A stretch of DNA of 64,000 nt from Octopus sinensis. Lineage: Eukaryota. Numbering within the stretch: the first letter of the stretch is position 1; every line of letters begins with the position of its first letter. The position numbers and the translations under genes were made by a program. The notes under the pieces were generated by a model. That model was not told where the DNA came from and did not search any database. It was given only the letters and a program-made list of their open reading frames with translations. Shown here piece after piece: positions 25,747 to 35,733 of the stretch. The stretch spans positions 138,694,001-138,758,000 of the forward strand of contig NC_043000.1 of the NCBI RefSeq assembly GCF_006345805.1, in the 5' to 3' direction.

Positions 25747-26660
25747 TCATCATCATCATCTTTTAATGTCTATTTTCCATGTTGGCATGAGTTGGACAGC
25801 TTGATTGTGGTCTGGGGAGCCGGGGGGTCACCAGGCTCCAGTCTGATCTGGCAGTGTTTCTACAGCTGGATGCCCTTCCTAACGCCAACCACTCTAAGAG
25901 TGTAGTGGGTACTTTTTATGTGCCACTGGCACAGGAACCAGTTAGGTGGACTTGGCATTGATCATATTTGGATGGTGCTTTTTATGCGCCACCAGCACAA
26001 CAGTCAGTCAGTGGGTACAAGCATTGGCTATATTTAGATGGTGCATTTTATGTGCTACTGGCATGGGAGCCAGTTAGGTGGACTGGCTCCCATACCGGTG
26101 GCACATATATATATGTATGTATGTATGACATGTATGTTCGGATGGTGCTTTTACATACCACTGGCACGGGAGCCAGTTAGGTGGACTGGCTCCCATACCG
26201 GTGGCACATATATATGTATGTATGACATGTATGTTCGGATGGTGCTTTTACATACCACTGGCATGGGAGCCAGTTAGGTGGACTGGCTCCCATACCGGTG
26301 GCACATATATATATGTATGTATGTATGACATGTATGTTCGGATGGTGCTTTTACATACCACTGGCACGGGAGCCAGTTAGGTGGACTGGCTCCCATACCG
26401 GTGGCACATATATATGTATGTATGACATGTATGTTCGGATGGTGCTTTTACATACCACTGGCATGGGAGCCAGTTAGGTGGACTGGCTCCCATACCGGTG
26501 GCACATATATATGTATGTATGACATGTATGTTCGGATGGTGCTTTTACATACCACTGGCACGGGAGCCAGTCAGGAGGCACTGGCTACAGCTACAATATT
26601 GGTTTTACTTTACTCAACAGGTCTTCTCAAGCATATCGTATTGCCTGATGCATCAGGATA
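25747..26660 (-). mobile_element. RTE LINE 3' UTR fragment containing an expanded tandem array
   Basis: Begins (CAT)n-tttaatgtctattttccatg on +; homologous to 46994-47577. Confidence 0.8.
26037..26571. repeat. Tandem array of 5.4 hairpin-containing units (97-104 bp)
   Basis: Unit starts at 26037, 26141, 26238, 26341, 26438 and 26535; each full unit has gggagccagt-taggtgg-actggctccc. Confidence 0.95.
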
Positions 26661-26769
26661 TTCCTATATATATATATATATCCCTATATATGTTTGTGTG
26701 TGGGTGAGGGTGTGTATATTTATGTATCTATATTTACATAGATCAAGGCTAATCTTGTTTATCTGCATC

Positions 26770-26839
<70 letters not shown>

Positions 26840-27229
26840 TATATATATAAATATATGTGTGCAAATTATTTATATATACACACACACACATGTAGTGGCG
26901 GTTTTTTTGACTATTTATTAAAATTTTATGTATTGATTAAGTCTTTCCTTGTTTGTTTTGCAAAATAGTGGTTTTGTCTCTAATAATATTTTATATATAT
27001 ATATATATATTTATATATGTATGTATGTATGAATCTGTTTATGTATGTATATATGTATGTGTGTGCACATTCTGATACAAATATATATCCCGCTATTGTT
27101 CGAGGAGAGGATTAGTTGAAATTTGAAAAGATAAATTACACAGACTATCAGAAGCTACAATAAATGTCTCAAATAGTGATTTGGATTTCGGTAAGCTACT
27201 TAAGGCTGCTTTTCTTTTAAAGAGAAGAT

Positions 27230-27266
<37 letters not shown>

Positions 27267-27726
27267 GATTTGTATCATAACAATTTAAAATCTGATTTTG
27301 TTTCTTTAGAGATACCATAATTTGATGGATTCTAGATTATCACTGTGTTTTTTTTAAAAGGGGCCAAATACTGCCAAAATTGTTAAATTTATTTTCTTTG
27401 CAACAAGAAATACACCAATATATGCGAAATTCTGTTTTGTAAATTTGCAGTCCAAAAATTTCTTTTGAATTAAGCTCTTTATCAGATAGATTCTCACTCA
27501 GTAATCAATACTTCAAGATTCAGACAGAACCTCCAGAGAATATAGAGCAATCCTATTAGTAACACAAGATTAGACTGTAGCAGAATCCTGATTGTTGCTG
27601 CAATACTGTTAAAGATAACAAAAACATGAGAGAATTTCCATAAACTTTTTTATATCTGTAGGTAATCTTTTATAACACAGCTTTATGTCGCTTTTTTTGT
27701 ATGTTTTTTTTTGTTTTTTCTTACAG

Positions 27727-28013
27727 CTTATTTTTGCTGCTCTCACATATTCATCTAGATGATGTTTTAGGTTTCTTAAATGATATAGACGATGTGAATT
27801 GGATTCACAGATGGACTCTGAATTATTTTGCAGGTTTCATATATATCTATTTATAATATGATGACATAGAATTATATAAGAAGATGAACACTCTAACTAT
27901 TTGGCTCATTAGTGATGATTCATATTAATTTTCAGATTTTCTATTTACTTCGTTTCTTATTTTACTAAATTATAATTTTCTTTTAAAGTATAATGGTTTT
28001 GATTTATTAGGAT
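27727..28013 (+). CDS. Candidate coding exons 27727-27833 and 27936-28013 of an unidentified spliced gene
   Basis: Strong acceptor (T-tract)cttacag| and donor gat|gtaagt. Each exon has a single open frame and the phases join: LFLLLSHIHLDDVLGFLNDIDDVNWIHRWTLNYFA-D-FLFTSFLILLNYNFLLKYNGFDLLG. No homolog recognised. Confidence 0.3.
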
Positions 28014-28312
28014 GTAAGTCTGACACAAACATAAGAATACATCTGTCTGTTAGCAATAATTGAACAGGTGGTTATATTCACACCTGCACACTATGAGGGT
28101 CTCTATACCAATGAGACGTTCTTGATATGGCCATTCAACCTGACAGAAATAACAGCTAGGTCTCACTCAAATTGTATTCTACCATTTTTATAAAATAACA
28201 CATCAGATAATGACATGGTCATTATTAGTATGCTTTCGGTCATAGACAGCCATGTTTGACCATGGTTAGCATGAAGTTATATAAAAAAAAAAATTGATTC
28301 TGTATGCAGCTT

Positions 28313-28508
28313 ACACACACAGACACACACACACATTCACACAGACACACACACACATGCATGTGCACATGCATACACACATGCACACACAAACACAAAC
28401 ACAAATATACACACACAAACACACAAACACACACACACAAACACACAAACACACACACACAAACACACAAACACACACACAATCACTCACACGCACACAC
28501 ACACACAT
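28313..28508. repeat. Compound (CA)n/(CAAA) microsatellite
   Basis: Direct inspection. Confidence 0.9.
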
Positions 28509-28555
28509 TCGTTTCATATTCATGAATATAAACATTAATAAAACTAAGGTCAAAA

Positions 28556-29100
28556 CATCATCATTATCATCATCATCGTTTAACGTCCACTTTCCATGCT
28601 AGCATGGGTTGGATGATTTGACTGAGGTCTGGTGAACCAGATAGCTGCACCAGGCTCCAATCTTGATCTGGCAGAGTTTCTATAGCTGGATGCCCTTCCT
28701 AACGCCAACCACTCCGTGAGTGTAGTGGATGCTTTTATGTGCCACCAGCACGAGGGCCAGTCATGTGGTAGTGGCAACAGCCATGTTCAAATGGTGTTTT
28801 TTACATGCCACCTGCACAGGAGCCAGTCCAGCGGCACTGGCTATGACCTCGCTCAAATGTTTTTTCACGTGCCAGTAAGGTGATGCTGATAACAATCACA
28901 CTCGAATGGTGCTTTTTACGTGCCACTAGCACGGATGCCAGTCATCGAATTTGATTTCGATTTCACTTGCCTCAACAGGTCTTCGCAAGCAGAGTTTAGT
29001 GTCCAATGAAGGAAAGATATGCATAAGTGGGCTGGTTACACCCCTGGCATAGGCCACGAGGTTATGGTCTCACTTGAGCTTGCCAGGTCTTCACAAAACA
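28556..29100 (-). mobile_element. RTE LINE 3' end (last ORF2 codons plus full 3' UTR)
   Basis: Homologous to 46994-47600. Confidence 0.85.
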
Positions 29101-29426
29101 TGCATGAATTTTTGTACAGAAGACTTGTATTTTATGATAGCCTTTTAGGAGTTGCAGTGGTGAGTATAAGCTAACCAGTTGAACTTTGATAAATTTTTCT
29201 TGGTTCTGTGAGTCATGTTCTTGATCTTCATGGCTGCAATGCAGCTGCATGTGATCTTGTATAAAGCATCTGGTGTTCTGGCCTTTGGTTGTGTGAAAAA
29301 GATGAGAAAACTCATACTTAAATGTATACTTCTGATCACCTTCTTAGATGTCTCAAAGTACAATCATTGCCAGAATTTGCTGGCATAAAACCAATAAGTC
29401 CCTGATTAGTTATCAGAATTGAAGTG

Positions 29427-29836
29427 ACAGGAGTGGCTGTGTGGTAAGTAGCTTGCTTACCAACCACATGGTTCCGGGTTCAGTCCCACTGCGTGGCATC
29501 TTGAGCAAGTGTCTTCTGCTATAGCCCTGGGCCGACCAATGCCTTGTGAGTGGATTTGGTAGACGGAAACTGAAAGAAGCCTGTCGTATATGTGTATATA
29601 TGTATATATGTATGTGTGTGTGTTTGTGTGTCTGTGTTTGTCCCCCTAGCATTGCTTGACAACTGATGCTGGTGTGTTTACGTCTCCGTCACTTAGCAGT
29701 TTGGCAAAAGAGACCGATAGAATAAGTACTGGGCTTACAAAGAATAAGTCCCGGGGTCGATTTGCATGACTAAAAGGTGGTGCTCCAGCATGGCCGCAGT
29801 CAAATGACTGAAACAAGTAAAAGAGTAAAAGAGAGA
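29427..29836 (+). mobile_element. SINE family A
   Basis: Head, core and tail present. Confidence 0.9.
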
Positions 29837-30177
29837 GACATACAAGTTAGGGGTTGGGGCAGCTTGGTGATATGAGCAAGCATGGTTGGTAGCCATGATT
29901 AAGTATTGCTCAGTTAATCCAAAATTTGCTGAGACCGTAGATAATGGTAGATTTGTAAAAGTTGAGTTTCTAAAGGAGGAATGGATTAAGGATACTTGTA
30001 ATGATTATATGTTAATTTGGAATATGTTTGGGGTGATGATATTAATTTTTGAAGAGAATTCAGGATTGCAAAGAATCCACTTCTGCGTCAGCAACTTCAA
30101 TTAGTGATTTGTAAGAAAACAAAGAATTTATGAATAATGAAGTCACCAAGGTTAATGAGTTTATGAACGAATTTTTT

Positions 30178-30273
30178 GTGTGGCATCTTGGGCAAGTGTC
30201 TTCTGCTATAGCCTCGGGCCGACCAAAGCCTTGTGTGTGGATTTGGTAGACGGAAACTGAAAGAAGCCTGTCA

Positions 30274-30318
<45 letters not shown>

Positions 30319-30696
30319 GGTGAGTTCGATTTGTTTTGCTCCGCCTCTGTTCTGTTTTTGTTTTTTCCAACGGATTTCCTATTTCTTTCTGAAGAGAAAG
30401 ACACAATATGGTCTCATTATTCAATCGGATTTTGGTAAATTGTGCCTTTCGAAACATGTGTAGAATGAAATAAAACGATTTCTGTTCAATCTTCGTCCAG
30501 CTCCATTTCTTCAATTCACCAATAATATTTTAATTTCAATTATTTTAATTTCAATTATCCGCACCAACGCACGGTTGCAACACCATATGGTTGTACCTCC
30601 AACCGTGCTGTTTTCTGCTGTGATTTTTGCTACCAAGGTATCGGTTAAACTTTTGATTAATCTGCTACAAGATTATTCATCTTTCTATTTCACATA

Positions 30697-30733
<37 letters not shown>

Positions 30734-30950
30734 CATATGTTTGTGTGTCTGTGTTTGTCCCTCTAGCATTGCTTGACAACTGATGCTGGTGTGTTTACGT
30801 CCCCGTCACTTAGCGGTTCGGCAAAAGATACTGATAGAATAAGTATTGGGCTTACAAAGAATAAGTCCCGGGGTCGATTTGCTCGACTAAAGGCGGTGCT
30901 CCAGCATGGCCGCAGTCAAATGACTGAAACAAGTAAAAGAGAAAGTAAAA
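30178..30950 (+). mobile_element. 5'-truncated SINE family A split by a 380-bp insertion (30316-30695) in its (TA)n centre
   Basis: Core at 30178-30315; 3' half at about 30696-30950. Confidence 0.85.
30381..30471 (+). ncRNA. Type I hammerhead ribozyme with canonical core, inside a Penelope-like insertion
   Basis: Stem I atttcttt/gaatgaaat; CTGAAGA at 30389-30395; stem II gaaag-a-cacaat/attgtg-c-ctttc; GAAA at 30451-30454; short stem III ac-atgt-gt; GUA cleavage triplet ending at 30462. Confidence 0.8.
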
Positions 30951-31307
30951 GAGAAACTGTCAGAAGAAGCAGATGATGAAGCAGCTGTGAGTGGAAGGAG
31001 AATTTCAGGAGAGCAGTAAATAAAGACAGTAAATTAATTTTTTGAGGAACATGGAAAAGAGACTTTAAGACAGACTAACAGGAAATCTTTATTACTTATT
31101 TTGATGTGACAGAGATGAGAGGCAAAAGGCTTCGATAATTAATATTTTAAAGTTACTTTATCATTTATTTATATATTTAGTAATACTTTGTGAATCTTCA
31201 GGATGTTTTTGGTAGTTTAATCAAAAGTGTCTTCTGTTCTCTGGAGATTGAATATTAAGGACATTAATTTGCTTAATTGAGGTAGATCCATGATTTACTT
31301 TGGGTTC

Positions 31308-31510
31308 ATCATCATCATCGTTTAACATCCGCTTTCCATGCTAGCATGTGTTGGATGGTTCAACTGGGGTCTGGGAAGCCCAAAGGCTGCACCAGGCCCA
31401 GTCTAATCTGGCAGTGTTTCTACAGCTGGATGCCCTTCCTAACACCAACCACTCCATGAGTGTAGTAGGTGCTTTTTATGTGCCACTGACACAGGTGCCA
31501 GACGAGGCTC
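31308..31510 (-). mobile_element. RTE LINE 3' UTR fragment
   Basis: (CAT)n-cgtttaacatccgctttccatgctagcatg...ggatgcccttcctaac. Confidence 0.85.
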
Positions 31511-31529
31511 TATTATATATATAATGGGG

Positions 31530-31821
31530 TCCATATCCCTTCCACAGATGTTGGCCACAAGTTTGCATGCCTTCAAGTGGAGCACCACACATCTTGTTGT
31601 CATGCATTCTGAGCTACTGACCATATTGTGTTTTTCTCCCTCATATGCCATTTCAGTCTTTGTGAATTTAAGTGCTGACTTTCCCTGCACAGCAATCCTT
31701 CCATGATAGCTAATACCCTCTGCATTATTTTGCTCCCTAGCCAGAGTGATTTGATTTGACATGGTGTGGCCATCAGTGAGCACTACCAATTTTGGGAACC
31801 ATAAATGAGAGCTGTGTAATA
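31530..31821 (-). other. Unexplained open reading frame, possibly a decayed Gypsy-type integrase relic
   Basis: GC-richer island with about 97 open codons: ...WFPKLVVLTDGHT...GISYHGRIAVQGKSALKF...; weak resemblance to integrase FPxxxxSDNG...YH...AVQTFKSALK and to vWA VVLTDG. Confidence 0.25.
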
Positions 31822-32051
31822 GTTAGAGACTAGTACTCCAATCCACACCTGAATGAGGCTGGCATGTTTGCAAAAGTACAACTTCATTTGTTCTATAGCA
31901 AGCACCACACCTGTTGTTTAACAAATATTAAAGGAGGAAAATTTTTGTGCTTAACTAATCCTGAAAATATCTGTAGAATATATTTATCATAAGCCTATAC
32001 TTCAAACCACACATCTATGATGCTTTAGCTACTGTTATATATATATTCCAG

Positions 32052-32810
32052 CTGATTTTATGAACTATTTAGATTTACAAATGTCTATGACTGTAAGGTT
32101 TTAATGTAAAACACTTACTTACTGCTAGTTAAGAATTATATTTTTGCTGAGATTAATAATAATCTTTATCATGTCTTTTGTATTTCCATACATTATTGTC
32201 TTAAATTCTTCCACCCCACTGCAATATCTAATATTTTCTGCCTTATTTTAGCATTATACATTTAATTAAAGTAAATGAAATTACACTATCTACTTCTGTA
32301 TAAACAATTTTCAAAGTGAAATGCTGATTAATTGCAAGAAAAGAAAATAAGTGACATTGATAAGATTTCAAATTGAACTTTTAAAACATATGTGATTTCA
32401 TTCAGTCTCTTCATTTTGAGCAAAGCAATTGTATTGGTAAAAAATATATATATTTTAATTAAAAACTAATGTTAAATAACTATATTGATTATTTTAAAGG
32501 TTTCACCTCTTTATCTCCATTCATGTAACATATTTTGTAGACTACTTCAGAAAAGACTTTAAAATTGAAGACAATTCACCATCCTATTCTTCAAATATCT
32601 TGAAAAGAATTGTATGTGGAGGTGGAAGGATATAATTTCATAAGAATTCTGAAAGAAAATAATTATTCATTTACTTTTGGAAAATAGGAGATTCTATTGT
32701 TTAGTGATAGTCTGTTTTAATTTATAGTTGTTTATATCTTTGGAAATGATAAGTCATGTTTTCTTCATTTATTTACAGACCAATTATCCTCACATTGAAT
32801 ATATTTGAAG
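32052..32810 (+). CDS. Candidate small exons 32052-32092, 32406-32436, 32541-32611 and 32779-32810 (stop at 32806-32808)
   Basis: AG/GT-bounded and phase-consistent with the 27.7-28.0 kb exons: S-DFMNYLDLQMSMT|SLHFEQSNCI-D-YFRKDFKIEDNSPSYSSNILKRI|TNYPHIEYI*. No homolog recognised. Confidence 0.3.
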
Positions 32811-34245
32811 GTATGTAATCATTCAAAAATGTATTTATTCTGTGACTTTAGCACAATGTCCATTTATTAGTAATACTGAAGATGTTTTTAATTAGATTTT
32901 AAGCCTGGAATATTTTCGATGATTTTAGGAGACAAGAGTGCATGGTTAATAAGTTTGCTGTGTAAGAATTTGATTCCAGACTCAATTCCACTCCATGACT
33001 CTTAATATAGTCTTGAGCTGACCAATAACTTGTGAGTGGAATTCAGTCGATGGAATTGAGCAGAAGTTCGATCAAAATAGTGGTTTTGTCTCAAATAATA
33101 TTTTATATATATATATATATATATACATACATATATGCATATATTATGGCTGCCCCCTTGTTATCGAGTATGGCCATTGCACGAAGCTTAACTGTTACTG
33201 GTGCTGTGATCGAATGTGACTTTTTTTAGCCCAGCTAAAGATCTACAATGTCTTGTACAAAATTGGCAACTAAGACCTTTACTGGTAATAGCCAGCTGTA
33301 GTTGTAACTGGGCTTCATGTACTTTTGCATGCCGTTTAAGTCCACCTGCCGAATTACACTCTCTTCCACATGCCCGACAGATATGATTAGTATGGTGTGT
33401 TGCACCACCCCCAGTGGCCAAGTTGTCACTCATCTGTCTCGTTTTATGACGACGAAGATGACTCATGAGTCCAGCTTTACTGAGGCAGGGTCTTGCACAG
33501 ACATTGCATGACAGAATCAAAGGAAGACCCTTCCCTTCTGGAAGTGTAACAGCGATGCCCTTCCTGACATCCCTCCTTACTTTCTCATGTGCAACTCGAG
33601 ATTTCTCAAACGTGGCTGTCCCCTCATTCACAATCCTTCTCCACCTGCTACGATCAATAGCTATGCCTATTGATCGTAGCAGATATACGTACACACATTC
33701 ATACATACACACATATCTTTTTAACAATTTTGCATTAATAGTTTTATCATTAGAGTTCTCATTAAGGTGGCAAGCTGGCAGATTTGTTATTGTGGTAGGT
33801 AAAATGCATAGTGGTATTTCGTCTGGCTTTACATTCTGGAACCAAATACTGCTGAAGTCGACTTTGCCTTCTATCCTTCTGGGGTCAATAAAATAAACAT
33901 CAGTTGCTCACTGGGGTCGATGTAATCGACATTTTGCAATAAATTTAATTCAACAATTCAACATTCTTACACAGCAAACTTATTAACCATGCACTCTTGT
34001 CTCCTAAAAATCATCGAACATATTCCAGGCTTAAAATCTAATTAAAAACATCTTCAGTATTACTAATAAATGGACATTGTGCTAAAGTCACAGAATAAAT
34101 ACATTTTTGAATGATTACATACCTTCAAATATATTCAATGTGAGGATAATTGGTCTGTAAATAAATGAAGAAAACATGACTTATCATTTCCAAAGATATA
34201 AACAACTATAAATTAAAACAGACTATCACTAAACAATAGAATCTC
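32688..34245. repeat. Near-perfect inverted duplication, arms 32688-32969 and 33963-34245
   Basis: 282/283-bp arms; I counted one substitution and one 1-bp indel. Confidence 0.95.
33145..33672 (-). mobile_element. RTE-clade LINE 3' fragment with three C2H2 zinc fingers (second RTE type)
   Basis: DRSRWRRIVNEGTATFE...CNVCARPCLSKAGLMSHLRRH...CRACGRECNSAGGLKRHAKVH...CQFCTRHCRSLAGLK(frameshift)SHIRSQH; tail tggccatactcgataac. Confidence 0.85.
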
Positions 34246-34285
34246 TCAAAATTACTGGTCTTGTGCCAAAATTTGAATATTATTG
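33765..34285 (+). mobile_element. SINE family B variant interrupted at 33931-34245 by the inverted duplication
   Basis: Head and core run to gtcgatgtaatcgac (33930); a probable tail caaaattactggtcttgtgccaaaatttgaa resumes at about 34246. The tail assignment is from recalled consensus. Confidence 0.65.
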
Positions 34286-34519
34286 GAGTTCTACTTTTTA
34301 ATATATTCTCTCCTAAGGAAGGGCATCATAGTTTTTGCTTGAAGCATTGGGATATTATTAACTGAAATAAGGTAGAAAGCTTCACAAAATGTGAAAGAAA
34401 GAATTAAGAATTTATCAATTCCTTATATTTTGGGTGATGCATCCACATTCAGAGGCTTGCCTTAACTATACTTGGACAACCACTAATATTCAATACTTTT
34501 TTGACTGCTGTTCTTTTTA

Positions 34520-34722
34520 TTAGGCTGGTGCATAATTTTTGTGGCTTTTTTGCAATAAATTTAATTCAACAAAAAATTTAAACAAAATGCCAAGCATTAA
34601 TTGAAGTATATGGTGATTATGTTCCGGAATAATCATTCAAAGGTATTTCCGTAACACGTTGTTATAGTTTCTGCTGAATAAAACTTACTGAAAAAAAGTA
34701 CAATAATTATGCACCAACCAAA
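34520..34722. mobile_element. Mariner-derived MITE (MADE1-like TIR)
   Basis: ttaggctggtgcataatt / aattatgcaccaaccaaa with TA on both sides. Confidence 0.8.
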
Positions 34723-34909
34723 TAGATGGGTGAACCACCTGAAATATAAAACATTATAAAATTACTAATTCTTTCTTAGTATTGTAAAAAGTTCCCTATT
34801 TTACTATATTATATTTTGTGTATATATATAAAATATATATATATATATATATATATTTATACACACACACATCATCATCATCCTCATTGTCATCGTCGTT
34901 TAAAGTCTG

Positions 34910-34948
<39 letters not shown>

Positions 34949-34997
34949 CAGAATTTAGTATGGTTTTAGCCATACAATTTCAAAGTATGGTGATTAA

Positions 34998-35318
34998 AAT
35001 CAAAATAAGCAACAAGGATATCCAGAGGTAATGCAGTATAACTGTTTCATGCAACTCCATTTAATTGAACAATGCAGTCATTACATCAATTCAAAATGCA
35101 GAGCAATCCTCAGCTGCAAAAAGACACAGAATTTAATTATATTAGAACAGATGGACACATCAGTATAATTATACCTAAAATGTTGTCTCTGTCTTTGTGC
35201 AGCTGAGGATTGGTCTGCATTTTTAATTTATGTAATGATTGCATTGTTCAATTAAATGGAGTTGCATGCAACGATCGTACTGTATTACCTATGGTAATCC
35301 TTGTTGCTTATTTTGATT
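34998..35318. repeat. Foldback element with about 130-bp inverted arms (partial end also at about 23102-23123)
   Basis: Arms 34998-35130 and 35188-35318 (aatcaaaataagcaacaagga.../...tccttgttgcttattttgatt). Confidence 0.85.
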
Positions 35319-35320
35319 AT

Positions 35321-35353
<33 letters not shown>

Positions 35354-35451
35354 GTTAATAAATTTTAGGGTAGCAAAAAATTCTAGAAAAATTCTCCACT
35401 ACCAGCGGTCAAGTGAGAAAGAAAAGATAGTTAATAGACTATATAATATAC

Positions 35452-35733
35452 ATTCAAATATATGAGGAATGGCCATAATAGGACATTCGACTCACTAGAA
35501 AGAGCAGCCAAACTCCAAACCACTAATAGTTGTAATTCTGAAATGGAAAGAGAAATAAAAACTTTACCCTCTCCTTTCTGGACTATGCATAGTTTCGGCA
35601 GTCTTTAGTAAATAAATTAATTAAATTTATTTCTCTTTCCATTTCAGAATTACAACTATTAGTGGTTTGGGGTTTGGCTGCTCTTTTTAGTGAGTCGAAT
35701 GTCCTATTATGGCCATTCCTTATATATTTGAAT
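35452..35733. repeat. Near-perfect hairpin, 108-bp arms with 66-bp loop
   Basis: Arms 35452-35559 and 35626-35733; 3 differences. Confidence 0.92.

Noticed and set aside
26037-26571. CRISPR-like array of palindromic repeats
   Set aside because: The intervening sequences are identical rather than unique spacers, the repeat derives from the RTE 3' UTR, and there are no cas genes in this eukaryotic context.
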